The translations under genes and the position numbers were made by a program. The notes below the pieces were generated by a model. That model saw nothing but the letters and a program-made list of their open reading frames with translations. It did no database searches and had not been told where the DNA came from. A stretch of DNA of 64,000 bases from NCBI RefSeq assembly GCF_036588685.1, contig NC_086375.1:56916001-56980000 (forward strand), given 5' to 3'. Origin of the DNA: Mytilus trossulus (Eukaryota). This document shows positions 44,001 through 55,254 of the stretch, in pieces (position 1 is the stretch's first letter; the number at the start of each line of letters is the position of its first letter).

Positions 44001-47000
44001 CAACCTTATCCGACTGTAGAAAATATTATTAATTTGGTAACAAAATAAACAATGCTGCATAATACACAGATATACTCATCGGGCTAAAATATGTTTGCTA
44101 TCAAGGTAACAGTCTGCTAGAAAACATATCACTTCAACCTAGCATAATATTAACTCTATAATCTAAGCTATACAGCCATTTCTTGTTACTCTGAAATCCA
44201 CCTATTAAGGTAGAAGCAGGAAATTTCATTTTTAGAATTACAATATCTGGCAATTCTAAGAGTTTACATTTACCTTTTGAAGGTTTAAATCTTTTGCTCC
44301 TTGCTTTGGAAGATACTGTAATGAAACATACATTAGATGCCAACTAATTTACAACATGCCATAGGGAAAGTGCTTTTAAATTAAGATTTCTTAGTAGGAT
44401 TAGAACAACACTATTTAATATCAAGGTTAAAAGTTGATGGTCATTTGATAGAATTTTAGAAAGTAATTTGTGGAGCTGAATGATTGAGTCCAATAATACT
44501 TTAATATTCTAATTTTTTTTTCTCTCAGGTTACCTATATAGCTGCCATAGCAGATTGTCCACATCTGTTTGTTGGTTGTGAAAGTGGATCTATTACTGTT
44601 TATCAGACTGTCTTTAACCAAGCCAAGGTATTCAAACATAAAATTAACTCAAGATTGTTTCTACTAATATTGTAGATTGATTGATTTATTATGATTTACT
44701 TTATGTCCATTGACAAGTATTTCTTGCATATTCATGATAAGAAGAGTTTACAGAATGAATCAAACAAGTAGTATCTTCAAAACAATGTAAAATTGAGAAT
44801 GGAAATAGGGAATGTGTCAAAGAGACAACAACCCGACCAAATAAAAAACAACAGCAGAAGGTCACCAACAGGTCTTCAATGTAGCGAGAAATTCACGCAC
44901 CCGGAGGCGTTCTTCAGCTGGCCCCTAAACAAATATATACTAGTTCAGTGATAATGAACGCCATACTAATTTCCAAATTGTACACAAGAAACTAATATTA
45001 AAATAATACAAGACTAACAAAGGCCAGAGGCTCTTGACTTGGGACAGGCGCAAAAATGTGGCGGGGTTAAACATGTTTGTGAGATCTCAACCCTCCCCCT
45101 ATACCTCTTACCAATGTAGAAAAGTAAACGCATAACAATACGCACATTAAAATTCAGTTCAAGAGAAGTCCGAGTCTGATGTCAGAAGATGAAACCAAAG
45201 AAAATAAACAAAATGACAATAATACATAAATAACAACAGACTACTAGCATTTAACTGACATGCCAGCTCTAGACTTCAATTAAACTGACTGAAAGATTAT
45301 GATTTCATCATATGAACATCAGGCACAATCCTTCCTGTTAGGGGTTGAGTATCATACCATCATAACATATATGAGAACATAACCCGTGTCATGCCAACAA
45401 CTGTTTTTAGAATAAATGTGTTTATTTCCGATGCAAAGAATTTATCATCACGTGACTCAATATTAACGCCAAAATGTGCATTGATATGTTAAAATAAAAC
45501 TACCAAAGAAAAAGTTGGTTAGAAATCTTTTAAAACAGTTGTAATGTTGACTTTTGCAATACAATAAAAAAAATGGTATCCATTATAGCAGGGGCCTCTG
45601 TTTAGTGGTCTAAGTAGTTCAACTACTGTATTACTAGCCTGTCAACACAGAGGTTGTCAGTTCGAATCAAAAACACAATAGTACTAGTGGTGTTAGGCAC
45701 AAAACAATCATTTAATCAAGGTAAAACATTAAGATTAACCATTATACTTACAGACAAGTGATATACAGATAAAAGGAGTAAAACATGTGTTATATGGTCA
45801 CACACGAAGGATTACACAGATAGTCATATGTAAGGCATACAGTATATTTGTTAGTGCCAGTGAAGATAGATCTTGTATTATATGGGACTTAAATAGGTAA
45901 GTCTTTATAGAACTAATATACCATACTTATACTAATGGATTTTTATTATTAATTAAAATTGAATATATGGTCTTAAAAATAAAAAAAATAAAGATTTCAT
46001 TCGTCCCGCTTCAGTTTAAAGTTTTTGGTCAAGGTAGTTTTTGATGAAGTTAAAGTCCAATCAATTTGAAACTTAGTACACATGTTCCCCATGATATGAT
46101 CTTTCTAATTCTAATGCCAAATTATAGTTTTGACCCCAATTACATGGTCCACTGAACATAGAAAATGATAGTGCGAAGTTCAGGTTAAAGTTTTTGGTCA
46201 AGGTAGTTTTTGATGAAGTTAAAGTCCAATCAATTTGAAACTTAGTACACATGTTCCCCATGATATGATCTTTCTAATTCTAATGCCAAATTATAGTTTT
46301 GACCCCAATTACATGGTCCACTGAACATAGAAAATGATAGTGCGAAGTTCAGGTTAAAGTTTTTGGTCAAGGTAGTTTTTGATGAAGTTAAAGTTACATC
46401 AACTTGAAACTTAGTACACATGTTCCCTATGACATGATTTTTCTAATTTTGATTCCAAATTAAAGTTCTGACCCCAATTTTCATGGTCCACTGAACACAG
46501 AAAATGATAGTGCGAGTGGGGCATCCGTGTACTATGGACACATTCTTGTTGTACCTGATATAGGACAAATATATTAAGATTGTACACATTTTGTCAATTA
46601 CAGATTAAGCTATGTGAGGTCAATTGAAGGTCATAAACATGGAGTAGATGTTGTAGCAATAAGCCCAACAGCTGGAGATATAGCTTCAGCAAGTAGACAA
46701 GGTAAAACATAGTGCAAGTACATAGTCTCAATAGAAGTTGCCTGGCAGCTTGTAGGAAGCATGATTCTAATGCAATTCGTTTGTAACGATTTTTTTCATT
46801 GGACATTGACATATATTTTGAAGGGGTAAATTCAATGTTCTTACCGTCCATAAGTAAGAAAGCTACCATTTTGAATTCCTATTTATTTTTGTCATGTAAA
46901 TTCTCACAAAAATAAACATGAAAGTCACATTTTGAGCCTCACTAAGTACTTTTTGTCAACATTGAAACCATTATAAAGGGTACAAAAGGTATATATTCCT

Positions 47001-49580
47001 TCTAGAGTTTTATGTTTGACATTGTGAGTATACATATGACATCACATTATTTAGTTGCTGTAGACAATGCAACAGTTTCGCAGACTTTTTCATTTGTGTC
47101 ATTTTACGGCAAAATATTTGTTAAATGGTATCTATTGTCATATGCTGCATGAGAATGCAGATAACTGTATTGTATTTGAAGCTTGGCCTTCGTAAAACTT
47201 GATTTTACTGTCGCAAATATCCATTTACCTAGCAGAGCAATTTGCGACAGTAAAATCTACATTTTAAGAAGGCCAAGCTTAAAATACAATTCAGTTATCT
47301 CCTAATTTTTGTTTTAAAGAATTTTGTTTAATAGTTGTATTATTTATGTTCACATAGGAAAACTGTTTATCTGTCTATTTATTTTTAGGGCTTGGAAGTT
47401 GTTTACTACTACATAGTATAAATGGAGAATACATAGATATTTACACATCTCAGGACCATGTGATCAACTGCCTTGCTTTTTCTACAGCACCAGAAGGACA
47501 GTCTATTAATGTGATAGCAGGAGGTCTAGATAATGGTGTAATTAGGTATTTTTTTATTATAATACATTATACCCCAAACAAAAGTTTTCATGGATCAGAA
47601 TCAATTTTTTTCAGTAGAACTTCAATTTGTCTAGTATAAAGCTGTAATTTATTTCCAGTTATTGTAGGAAGACTTTCAATAGTCAATACATCAACTCATG
47701 ATATTGTCATTTTGAAACAATTTGTAAATCTAGATCTAGATTATAATTTTTTAAAGAAAATTTAAGAAAATAAACATTTTTCAAAGAAAATGTTTTAGAT
47801 TTTCTGAAGTGATGAATATTCATTAGTAAAATATTAAGATTCAATTTTTTTTAAAACATGCTGATAATTTAAATACGCTGTCTGTTGAGCAGTTTTACAA
47901 GTTCTTGCATTGATGATATTTTCATATGAGTTTGCTTTGATTTTAAATTCTTAAATAAACATGCAAAAAGTATGTGTTACCATGCTTTTTTAAAAGAAAC
48001 CTCTAAAAATTATTCCTGATAATGTGTCCAAAATTGCCACCTCATATTTTACATTAAAAATCACTACTCAGATTTCAGAAAGTTTAATGGCTTCTCCTAC
48101 TAGATTCTAAAATACAAAGTGAACTAACTGGCAAACACAGATAATTTGTCTTCTGTTGGTAATTTTGAATATATTTTTGAACTTTTTATAGAAGTCCTTT
48201 TTAACGATTCAATTATCTTGGTGTCATCATAAATAAGGGTAGTAAGATGTTCACCTTTTGTTAATCAATTATCTTTCCTCAAACTATATGGACTTTCTGT
48301 TAAAAACGACTTCTGTGCTTGAAATAAATATTTTGTTGAACATTGTATTGATAGAACATACATTTCTGTTTAATAGGATATGGAGTACAGTTGATTTAAG
48401 ACATCTCCGAGATCTACAGACAGAGAATCTCATGTTAAAACCAGTTATCAGGTAATGTAATGATTTTCTATGTATTCTTTCTTTTGCTTTTAAGGTATAC
48501 TGTGGATTCATTATTATTTGTGGAATACCAACTTTCGTTGATTTTGTGGGCACAAATAAACCACTAAAATAAATGTTCAAAGAATCACAAATTTCATTTA
48601 GGCTTGTATAAAGACTTAGCAAAACCATGAATTTAAATATCCACGAACATGTAAGTTTTCCTTAATCAACGAAAATTGATACTGACGAAAATAAATAAAT
48701 CCACAGTAAATAATTTACACCCATTTATATTTAGACACTTTTCCTTGAGTGTTTTTTTTTTATTTATTAGTTCAAAATCAGTATCCTTTTAGAAGGGCAT
48801 TAGCTGTCAAATTGATGTTCACCGATTTCACTCAAATGCTAATATTTGATACATAACATGCTTAAGCAATCAACAATGCATGGACTTGATATTATGTATT
48901 AATATTTCGTGTGAATTTTTATCTAGACGTCATCTAATTAAATATCTAGATCTGACTCATTGGACTGTAATGATGTCATTATCATGTGATATTGTGCTAT
49001 CTAATGATGAAAATCAGAAGTTTGATTATTTTTATGCCCTCACCCCAGGTACAGAGGAATTAAGTTTTATTCATGACCATCCGTCCTTCTGTCTTTCTTC
49101 TGCCCCATTTTGGTTGCTAAACTTGAGTAGGGGCATGAATGTACATGTTTTGATAACAAATATTTTGCTCAAAGGGTGTGGCAAATGTTTTTTTCAGAAA
49201 GAAGTTAAACCTTAAAAATGATTTTTTACAGGAAAATATTGCTTAATCATGTTAAGTATCATACTCTCTAAACAGTCTACTTGATCTTAAACTAATTAAA
49301 GATGGAAATCATGTCTGGTTTATTTAAATTTGGAATTTTTAGATCTTAAATAGTTGTTTTCAGATGTGATATTATTTAAGATTTCATGGCCCTACTCCTT
49401 TATTGTATTTTCATTTGAAGCATACCTGTTTATTTTTACTTTTTTGTATATTTCAGTGTTGTGTTTACGTATGATTCACATCGTTTGTATTCAACGTTAT
49501 CAGATGGAACTGTTGCATTGTGGGAATCGCCATCCTCAAGCAAACAACTCTTACCACACAAATTTGTAGCATTTCTGTAA
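4855..49580 (+). CDS. LYST: Lysosomal trafficking regulator (LYST/CHS1/Beige), BEACH-domain protein; 51 coding exons, about 3582 aa
   Basis: Manually chained exons with continuous frame and matching intron phases: 4855-5016, 7808-7889, 8261-10851, 12369-12536, 13037-13363, 13902-13968, 14197-14303, 14642-14798, 15197-15469, 16221-16359, 16594-16753, 17554-17725, 19213-19406, 20377-20637, 20869-21069, 21457-21735, 22322-22520, 22916-23029, 23486-23998, 24576-24718, 24957-25126, 25603-25735, 26481-26581, 27872-27961, 28294-28379, 28743-28892, 29749-30075, 30818-30957, 31406-31474, 32153-32287, 33918-34091, 34450-34526, 35020-35208, 35598-35743, 36659-36764, 38415-38476, 38772-38983, 39410-39654, 39954-40020, 40469-40619, 41475-41615, 41930-42147, 42603-42827, 43287-43479, 43791-43927, 44529-44627, 45754-45896, 46604-46701, 47389-47545, 48377-48451, 49457-49580 (TAA). 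Sum 10749 nt. LYST-type motifs recognised from memory: [77 protein letters not shown]. Confidence 0.95.
5052..5313. mobile_element. Palindromic non-autonomous element (about 60-bp arms plus tail bounded by a short inverted repeat)
   Basis: 5052-5114 is the reverse complement of 5138-5197; tail GTTTATTGGTA...TACCGATAAAC. Confidence 0.7.
5960..6343. mobile_element. Palindromic non-autonomous element
   Basis: Hairpin 5960-6105; tail TAATTACACC...GGTGCAATTA. Confidence 0.7.
8261..10851 (+). CDS. LYST: LYST large internal exon (2591 nt); corresponds to the 869-aa ORF
   Basis: Acceptor tattttatag at 8251-8260, donor AAG|gtatgt at 10852. Contains [18 protein letters not shown] and SGICCCM, similar to the LYST N-terminal region. 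Confidence 0.92.
13415..13810 (+). mobile_element. Degenerate Helentron/HINE-like element with tandem core repeats
   Basis: Three diverged units containing GAGTTATGTCCCTTTA; 3' hairpin TGTGTCC..GGTCACA; same family as 40662-41112. Confidence 0.55.
15197..19406 (+). CDS. LYST: LYST exons 9-13, ConA-like/LamG region
   Basis: [17 protein letters not shown]...[29 protein letters not shown]; GT-AG junctions all in phase. Confidence 0.85.
15603..15929 (+). mobile_element. 5'-truncated tRNA-derived SINE nested in another repeat
   Basis: B-box GGTTCGATTCC 15626-15636 and (TAAAC)-type tail. It interrupts a copy of the 44786 repeat (15515-15602 and 15930-16003). Confidence 0.7.
16788..17336. mobile_element. 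Palindromic non-autonomous element
   Basis: Near-perfect hairpin 17172-17336; tail ATTCTAATGCA (16788)...TGCATTAGAAT (17160). Confidence 0.75.
18121..18894. mobile_element. MITE with long TIRs and TA target-site duplication (Tc1/mariner-type site)
   Basis: TA|CTGTGAAAGTACTTT..TTCGTGG ... CCACGAA..AAAGTACTTTCACAG|TA. Confidence 0.85.
19654..20232. mobile_element. MITE with AGGAGTA terminal inverted repeats
   Basis: AGGAGTATGTTCGATAAG..TGGCCCC ... GGGGCCA..CTTACCGAACTTACTCCT. A related right end occurs at about 39845-39881. Confidence 0.75.
26834..27160 (+). mobile_element. Helentron non-autonomous element (HINE/DINE-1/pearl-like)
   Basis: TTTTTATGCCCCA 5' subterminal repeat, GTCC/ATTC microsatellite, one core unit, TGGGGCAT, 3' stem-loop, T-rich insertion site. 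Confidence 0.8.
27236..27560 (-). mobile_element. SINE-like repeat (TTGTCTCATTGGC 3' family)
   Basis: AAGAAGATTTGGAATGAGTGCCAATGAGACAACTCTCCA end; a related end lies at 40714-40760. Confidence 0.55.
30147..30450 (+). mobile_element. Helentron HINE copy
   Basis: Same architecture and sequence as 26834-27160. Confidence 0.8.
31672..31819. mobile_element. Short MITE with GGCGGATCCAG TIRs
   Basis: CATTGGCGGATCCAG ... CTGGATCCGCCCCTG. Confidence 0.7.
32746..33780. mobile_element. PIF/Harbinger-type MITE
   Basis: TTA|GGCCACGGTTTTTTAATTTGTTGGTTTACG ... CGTAAACCAACAAATTAAAAAATCCTGGCC|TTA; 3-bp TTA TSD; internal A run followed by a long G run. Confidence 0.85.
35598..38983 (+). CDS. LYST: LYST exons 34-37, WQLDPTEGP motif and PH domain
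   Basis: RAVW...[17 protein letters not shown]; [34 protein letters not shown], typical of the BEACH-associated PH domain. Confidence 0.92.
36803..37440. mobile_element. MITE with GTACCCAAATTGCACC subterminal repeats
   Basis: TAACGTAAGGGTACCCAAATTGCACC ... GGTGCAATTTGGGTACCGTCACGTTA; the motif is also repeated internally. Confidence 0.8.
37673..37962 (+). mobile_element. Helentron HINE copy
   Basis: Same architecture as 26834-27160. Confidence 0.8.
39410..42827 (+). CDS. LYST: LYST exons 38-43, BEACH domain
   Basis: [80 protein letters not shown]. Confidence 0.96.
40662..41112 (+). mobile_element. HINE-like element with a nested SINE end
   Basis: TTTTTATGCCCCA...GGGGGCAT..TGTGTCCCATGAACACA; SINE end at 40714-40760. 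Confidence 0.6.
43287..49580 (+). CDS. LYST: LYST exons 44-51, WD40 repeats and stop
   Basis: LYGHTRRIT...[31 protein letters not shown]; stop TAA at 49578-49580. Confidence 0.92.
44786..45482. repeat. Dispersed retroposon-like repeat (AAAATTGAGAATGGAAATGGGGAATGTGTCAAAGAGACAAC family)
   Basis: Partial copies at 26035-26102 and 15515-16003. Confidence 0.7.
45997..46550 (+). mobile_element. 5'-truncated HINE with three tandem 169-bp core repeats
   Basis: Units start at 46012, 46181 and 46350; the 3' TGGGGCAT and stem-loop are intact. Confidence 0.85.
47159..47300. mobile_element. Palindromic element related to 17172-17336
   Basis: AGATAACTG..AAGCTTGGCCTTC..TTTTACTGTCGCAAAT / ATTTGCGACAGTAAAA..GAAGGCCAAGCTT..CAGTTATCT. 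Confidence 0.7.
48500..48706. mobile_element. Short TA|CTGTGGATT MITE
   Basis: TA|CTGTGGATTCATT ... AATAAATCCACAG|TA; a decayed relative lies at 52077-52260. Confidence 0.75.
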
Positions 49581-50836
49581 CATTAACAACCATAAGAAGG
49601 CGACAGCAAAAGTGTTTAGTGATATAGGGACGAATTCAAATGACCGATTGTGCAAGGGCTGTATAGCCAGTCAAAGTTGTTAAAAAAAACTTCCATCATC
49701 ATCATTGAATTCAAATTACTTACCAGTTTAAACATTGTAAAAATACAAACAAATATTGATGCATAAAATGTGAACTTTTATGATTTTATTGACGAGATGT
49801 TGGTTTATTTTTTTAAATTCCTTTGTTTTAATGTTGAGATGTTCTTCCATTGTCAAGTGACATGTACTGCACAGTACACTAAATATTTGTGTATTTTGAT
49901 GGATACTTTTATTTTGGCTTATGAAATAAGCTCTTTATCTGTATACAGGTAGATATTTATAAAGTTTATAAGTGTGCATTACTTAATATTTATTTCTGTA
50001 AATTGCTACCAAGTAACAATTTGGAATTTGATGAATACATTGTATGTCAGAGCTAAAAGGAGGCTGGTGGAGAGAGCCTTTAATTATATTTTCTTTTTTC
50101 AAAAGTGTTATTTATTATTAGTTGCATCCAGGGCTTTCATTGCAAATATTGTAAACTATTATGTATACATATGTATATGCATGTTTATATGTTAAGTTGA
50201 TTTAAAAAAAAAAATGAAAAAGAGTTGTGGTGTTTTATTAATTTAGGCAATATAATTAGAAAAAATAAAGATTATATGATTATTGGTAAGGATTTGTGTC
50301 TTTCAATACTCATCTTCTTCTAAAGAGTAAGATTTTCAGTTTCTATGAGAAATTGATTACGTATTTTATATTGTTTTTAAAATGTTTTTTATCATGTTTC
50401 TATTTATTCATATGTTCTACACGGTGCAAACTCGTTATTTCTATATTTATGAAGAAATGTAGCAAAGAAATATTTGTAATACATTGTAACTGTAAATATC
50501 CTATCAAAGTACTTCAAAAGTTAATATTTTTACAAATGTATAAGAAAAAGTATGTATGTATACATGCATGCATATGTAAGGCAGCATTTCTGACATGTAA
50601 ATATATTAAACATGAGATCCCCTATACGCTTTTGACCAACCGTGGAAGTTCTGTATAGCCAGTCAAGGTCGTTAAAAACTTCCATTTGCATATGCTTAAT
50701 TTTATTTATATCTTATTTTGCTATATAACTATATAAAGATTGTTCTGTCTCACTTACTCAATAGTTTTAGTTCTGTTTTTTATCTTTATTTTTTAGATAT
50801 AATTAGTTATCAAAATTACCAGGATTATAATTTTAT

Positions 50837-50880
50837 ACGCCAGACGCGCGTTTCGTCTACATAAGACTCATCAGTGACGC
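50837..50880 (-). ncRNA. Minimal type I hammerhead ribozyme, intact core, within a retrozyme fragment (about 50805-50935)
   Basis: Reverse complement reads GCGUCA CUGAUGA GUCUuauguAGAC GAAA CGCGCG UC UGGCGU. Flanks match the 58724-59149 family. Confidence 0.85.
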
Positions 50881-51447
50881 TCAGATCAAAATAGTTAAAA
50901 AGCCAAATAAATACAAAGTTGAAGAGCATTGAGGATATAAAGTAGATGCTCTTTAAAATTTTCAAATATGATTATTGCTTGCTTCTGTAGTCTTGGTTTT
51001 ACAAAATCTTTGAATTTTAATCATCTTTTATCATTAATTATAATTTTGGGACAATACAAGCTGAGATGTTGACATATATTTTACATAGTATTTTGACAAT
51101 TCAAGATATTAGCCAATGATGATTTGATATGTGTTTTAAAGGATAGTCTTAATCCACAAGGGCAATAAATGATTTTTTTCGATATTTCCCATTTATAGAT
51201 ATGTGTCAAAATTAAACAGTTATTGATTTTTTTAAAGAATAAATATTAAAAAAAAATTGCAATTTTTAGATATTAAGATCTTCATGAACATTTCCAGTTG
51301 TAAGAAACCTTTTTGTTGGGACTATCACATACACATAACTATTCAATATTAATTTCCCACAGGCTTTATCTTGATTTTCAAATACTTCAATTTCTATGAT
51401 ATATATGGCCCATTGTATGCCTTTCAAACATATTTAGGTTGGTTTAT

Positions 51448-51894
51448 ATGGTCCCAGACCACAATTGTCGTCCCTTGATTTTTTCGTTGTTCACGAATAT
51501 AGTCCCTAGTGTTAACAGTGGGTTACTTGCCATTAATTTTTATACCCCTTCCAAATTTATTTCTCCATGTTTAATGCCTCAAATTGTAAGTAGGGGGGTG
51601 AAATTACACTGTAAAAAATTTTGGGTGCAGGAAAGTAGTGATTTGGTCCAGCTGAAAAAGGTTAAAAATCAGCACTTCGGAAGCTGTCTAAAGATTTCAA
51701 GACACCTTAAACACAAAATTGTCCATATTATGAGTTTGAGGTGATGACGTTTTCTATAATTTTGATATAATTTGTCCCAAAAGTAGTACAACACACTGTA
51801 AAAATTTCATTGAGAAAGCACAGGTGGGATTATTTTGATTTTCATTTATGTTCTAAAAGAAATGCACTACAAATTAATTGTGGTCTCGGACCAT
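51448..51894. mobile_element. MITE
   Basis: ATGGTCCCAGACCACAATT ... AATTGTGGTCTCGGACCAT. Confidence 0.75.
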
Positions 51895-52622
51895 GTGTAA
51901 TATGAATTAGCCTTTACTTAACTAGACATGAAAAACAAAAACAGTCCAATATGTACCCCAAATGCCAGCTGTTTCAAAACCAAAAGTGTTTTAAATGATC
52001 ATTTAAAGATTAACACATATTTTTAATAAAGATGAACAACTTTGATAAAATTTTTGTTTCTACATGTATCAAAATACTGTGGATTTAATTATTTTTGTCT
52101 TCTGATTTTTGTAGATTGAGGGAAAATTTTATTCTTGTGGATATTGATTTGATGGGTTTGTCAAAGTCTACATGTATATTTAAAATATTGAGCATGTAAA
52201 TCTGTGTTTACCTATAACCAAAAAGCAAATCAAAATATTGTATCAGTAATGAACCAACAGTATTTTTTTTTATTGCTTTATTTTATAAAGCATACTAGAT
52301 GTTGTAAAATCTTTAAGTTTGATTATTTATGGGAAATCCTTTTATTTCACACATTTAAAATTGAGTGAATAATAAAGTATTCATTATTTAATATAATATA
52401 ATGCAAGATTTATTTTATATATTAATATAGGTGTCTGTTAAGCACAGAAATTAAATTTCTTTTAAAGAAATATTTGTGGGTGTCACCTGCTTAGAGTGTT
52501 TTAGCTCTGTCTTGTATTCTTGATTTTAGATATTGGAAAGCTACATGTAACCCTATATTGTAACAGTTGTACCATTTTGTTAAAAATGTTATTGTATTCT
52601 GTTATATTTGTGAGAAAAATCC

Positions 52623-52628
52623 AATAAA
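52623..52628 (+). promoter_or_regulatory. Candidate LYST polyadenylation signal
   Basis: AATAAA in U-rich context near where the CpG-poor composition ends. Other AATAAA hexamers (e.g. 52371) are equally possible. Confidence 0.25.
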
Positions 52629-53274
52629 AATATGATTGTTTATCTTGATCTACATTTATATATTTCCTGAACTTAAAGCTAGATAATTGTACAAATCATA
52701 TCACTGGCCGTGAACAATATTTCTGTTTCTTTTCAATCACCTAATTCACTTATCAACTTTTCATTCTTTTGATTATTTAAGGATTTTTTAATGAATTTAT
52801 AGTGTAAAGCAGTTATATAGAATCTTCAGACATTTTGAGATCACCACCTACTATTCATCATTATAAAATGTAATGGTAAATTCAAAGATAGTGAGAATGA
52901 TAAGTAAGTTCTCACACTGTAAGGTTGTGAAAATATCCATTTCGTTTAATCAACACCTCCTACAGCTCCTTTGAGTACTGTATGGACACATTTATAGATT
53001 TTGTTTTTTAAGATATTCTTGATATTCAATTGTCATTTATTCTATTCACGGAGGGTGACCCATTTGTGTAACCTTTTCCATTATTATTTTCTCATAGCAA
53101 TGAACCCTTGTACAGACAAAATATTTATAAAAAATGGAGTTTACAGTGATAATAATTACATAAACATATATACACACAAGTCATTTGACCAAGCAACATT
53201 GGTTTTGTCTCTTGTTTTATTTGCAATGGTCTACCAGACCAGTCCTTAAAACAAGCCTCATTAGATTGCTTGAT

Positions 53275-53450
53275 GGTAAAAAAGTAAAATAACAAAAATA
53301 CAAAACTCGAAGGAAAATTTAAAAAAGGAAATCCAAAAGCTCGAAAACACATCAAACGAATGGATAAAAACTGTCATATTCCTGACTTGGTACAGGCATT
53401 TTCTTAACTAGAAAATGGTGGTTTGAACCTGGTTTTATAGCTAGATAAAC
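53275..53450 (-). repeat. Diverged copy of the same dispersed repeat
   Basis: CTGTCATATTCCTGACTTGGTACAGGCATTTTC...GAAAATGGTGG. Confidence 0.65.
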
Positions 53451-54709
53451 CTTTTTAGGAAAAGCAGTTAAAACGACATCAGACTGATCAATTGTTGAAG
53501 TTGTTTATAAAAATCTAAAGGTTTTTTTTTGCAAATCCTAATTGAAAACGATGAAAACTTTGTTGAGAAGGAAATATGTAAAAGTACATGACGAAACACC
53601 AAAAAGAGTACCACTATTCGAGATGCTAATTTTGCAAAGTAAATAGAGCATTTAAATAGGAAAAGAATCATAGGGAAAGCATGTAGTTTATTGTCTGCTC
53701 CTATTTCCTATTGTCTTAATAAAAAAATGTCATGAAGATTATGTTTGGACTATGGAAAACTAAACGAAAAGATCGTACATGATATGTTTCCGGTACTAAG
53801 ATTGACTATAGTTCGGATGCTTAAGTTCAAATGAAACATTGAAAAGGAAAAAGCGGCGTTTTTTACTCCAGTTGGTGTACTTTCTTAGTATACATTTATG
53901 TTAATGGGATATCAATGCTCCATATAATATTAAAGAAGCAGTAAGCATACATAAGTGGCATGTTTCAGTGCTTTTCAAGAAAGATTGAAAATGAGTTAAA
54001 ATCCTTCTAGCTGGACCTGATGAATTTATGGTAATCAAAAGAAAGATGCAAAATACAATTGCCAAGTTGATGCCCGGAGATAATATATGCTGTACTTTTT
54101 CCAGGGCCTGACAACATAATGCCTTTACTATAGTTTTTTATCATATAAACAATTTAGGTTTAATGTTTGTAAATTACATCATATATACTGAATGATAAAG
54201 GGAAAACAAATTACGATTCACTTTGAAACAAAACACATAAAGCAACACCACTTACCGAATAGAAACAAAACCAGAATTATTATTCCTGTTTTTTTTGGGT
54301 ATTTCTCACTTTTCAATTCAAATTATACAAGAAACTGAATCGCCGTTTAAACAATTGGATACACAAATTACGTTAGTGTTTTTTCCAAACAACTTTACAT
54401 AGCTGATTCTGTCAGATGCTCCACAAACATCTGAATCTATTCTATATATCAATGAACAAAACCGGCCTGGCTTTAATGTTCCCATGAAACTACAAAGTCG
54501 GAAGGGGGTCCAGTATGAAGTTGATGGGTTGAATCAAATGATAATACTAAAAAGTTAATTTTCTTTGTTTTTGTTTTATTCACATGAGCCATTAAAGAAA
54601 AATGAAAAGAAGGTGAAATTAGAATTTTACTCCATTTACTACTGTATAGATAATCTTCTTTTACTAAATATTGAAAAGTGATGAATATAATGATCGCATT
54701 ATAATGATC

Positions 54710-55130
54710 GCATGTATCCCTTGGACTTGAATTAAAGGATACTATAAATGGGAATGCTTCATATTTTGACTTAAATATAGAAATTGACTATAACTTTAAA
54801 ATGCAAGTGTAAGTTGAGAACTAACTATTAACTTAACGCCAATAGAGATGATTTCAGTGTTCAATTTCCATACCTGGGTAACTACATTTTCACAGCATTT
54901 GCATAAGGCGTTTATAACTTGTTTCCCGATGAAGGATTTCTGTGTTCAAGAAGGTATTGAACAAAGTGTTTAGAATAATATTGATGGATTCATCTCGTCC
55001 AGCGTTTTATTTATGTCGCCATGATATGTTAAGCAATTTTGGAAAATCTTTGTCGCAGAAGGTGATATCAAAGTATGATAGATTCTCAGAAGTAATCTTG
55101 ATTACATTTTCATGCTTCAATTATTAAAGA
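54710..55130 (+). pseudogene. Heavily decayed reverse-transcriptase fragment, probably Penelope-like
   Basis: Piecewise translation YPLGLELKDT..ASYFDLNIEID...RDDFS..FPYL, resembling RT C-terminal/thumb segments I recall from abundant bivalve retroelements; contains stops and indels. Confidence 0.45.
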
Positions 55131-55254
55131 ACTTCTACTTCTACTTCTACCGGTAAGGGACCATCGTCATCATGTTGATTATTCTATCACTTTGGGGTGT
55201 GTTCAAATATAATTTTACTTGTTGTGTTATATGTTAGGATTTTAAAGATTTTGT

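Noticed and set aside
45590-45670. tRNA-like sequence ending in GTTCGAATC
   Set aside because: Degenerate SINE-head-like relic; too short to call.
46012-46520. CRISPR-like or coding tandem repeat (ORF 46073-46261)
   Set aside because: Contiguous 169-bp units without spacers inside a HINE in a eukaryotic intron.
49770-53671. Short ORFs downstream of LYST, and most other 60-120 aa ORFs not overlapping exons
   Set aside because: Low-complexity F/I/L/K-rich translations expected from AT-rich DNA, with no motifs or splice support.
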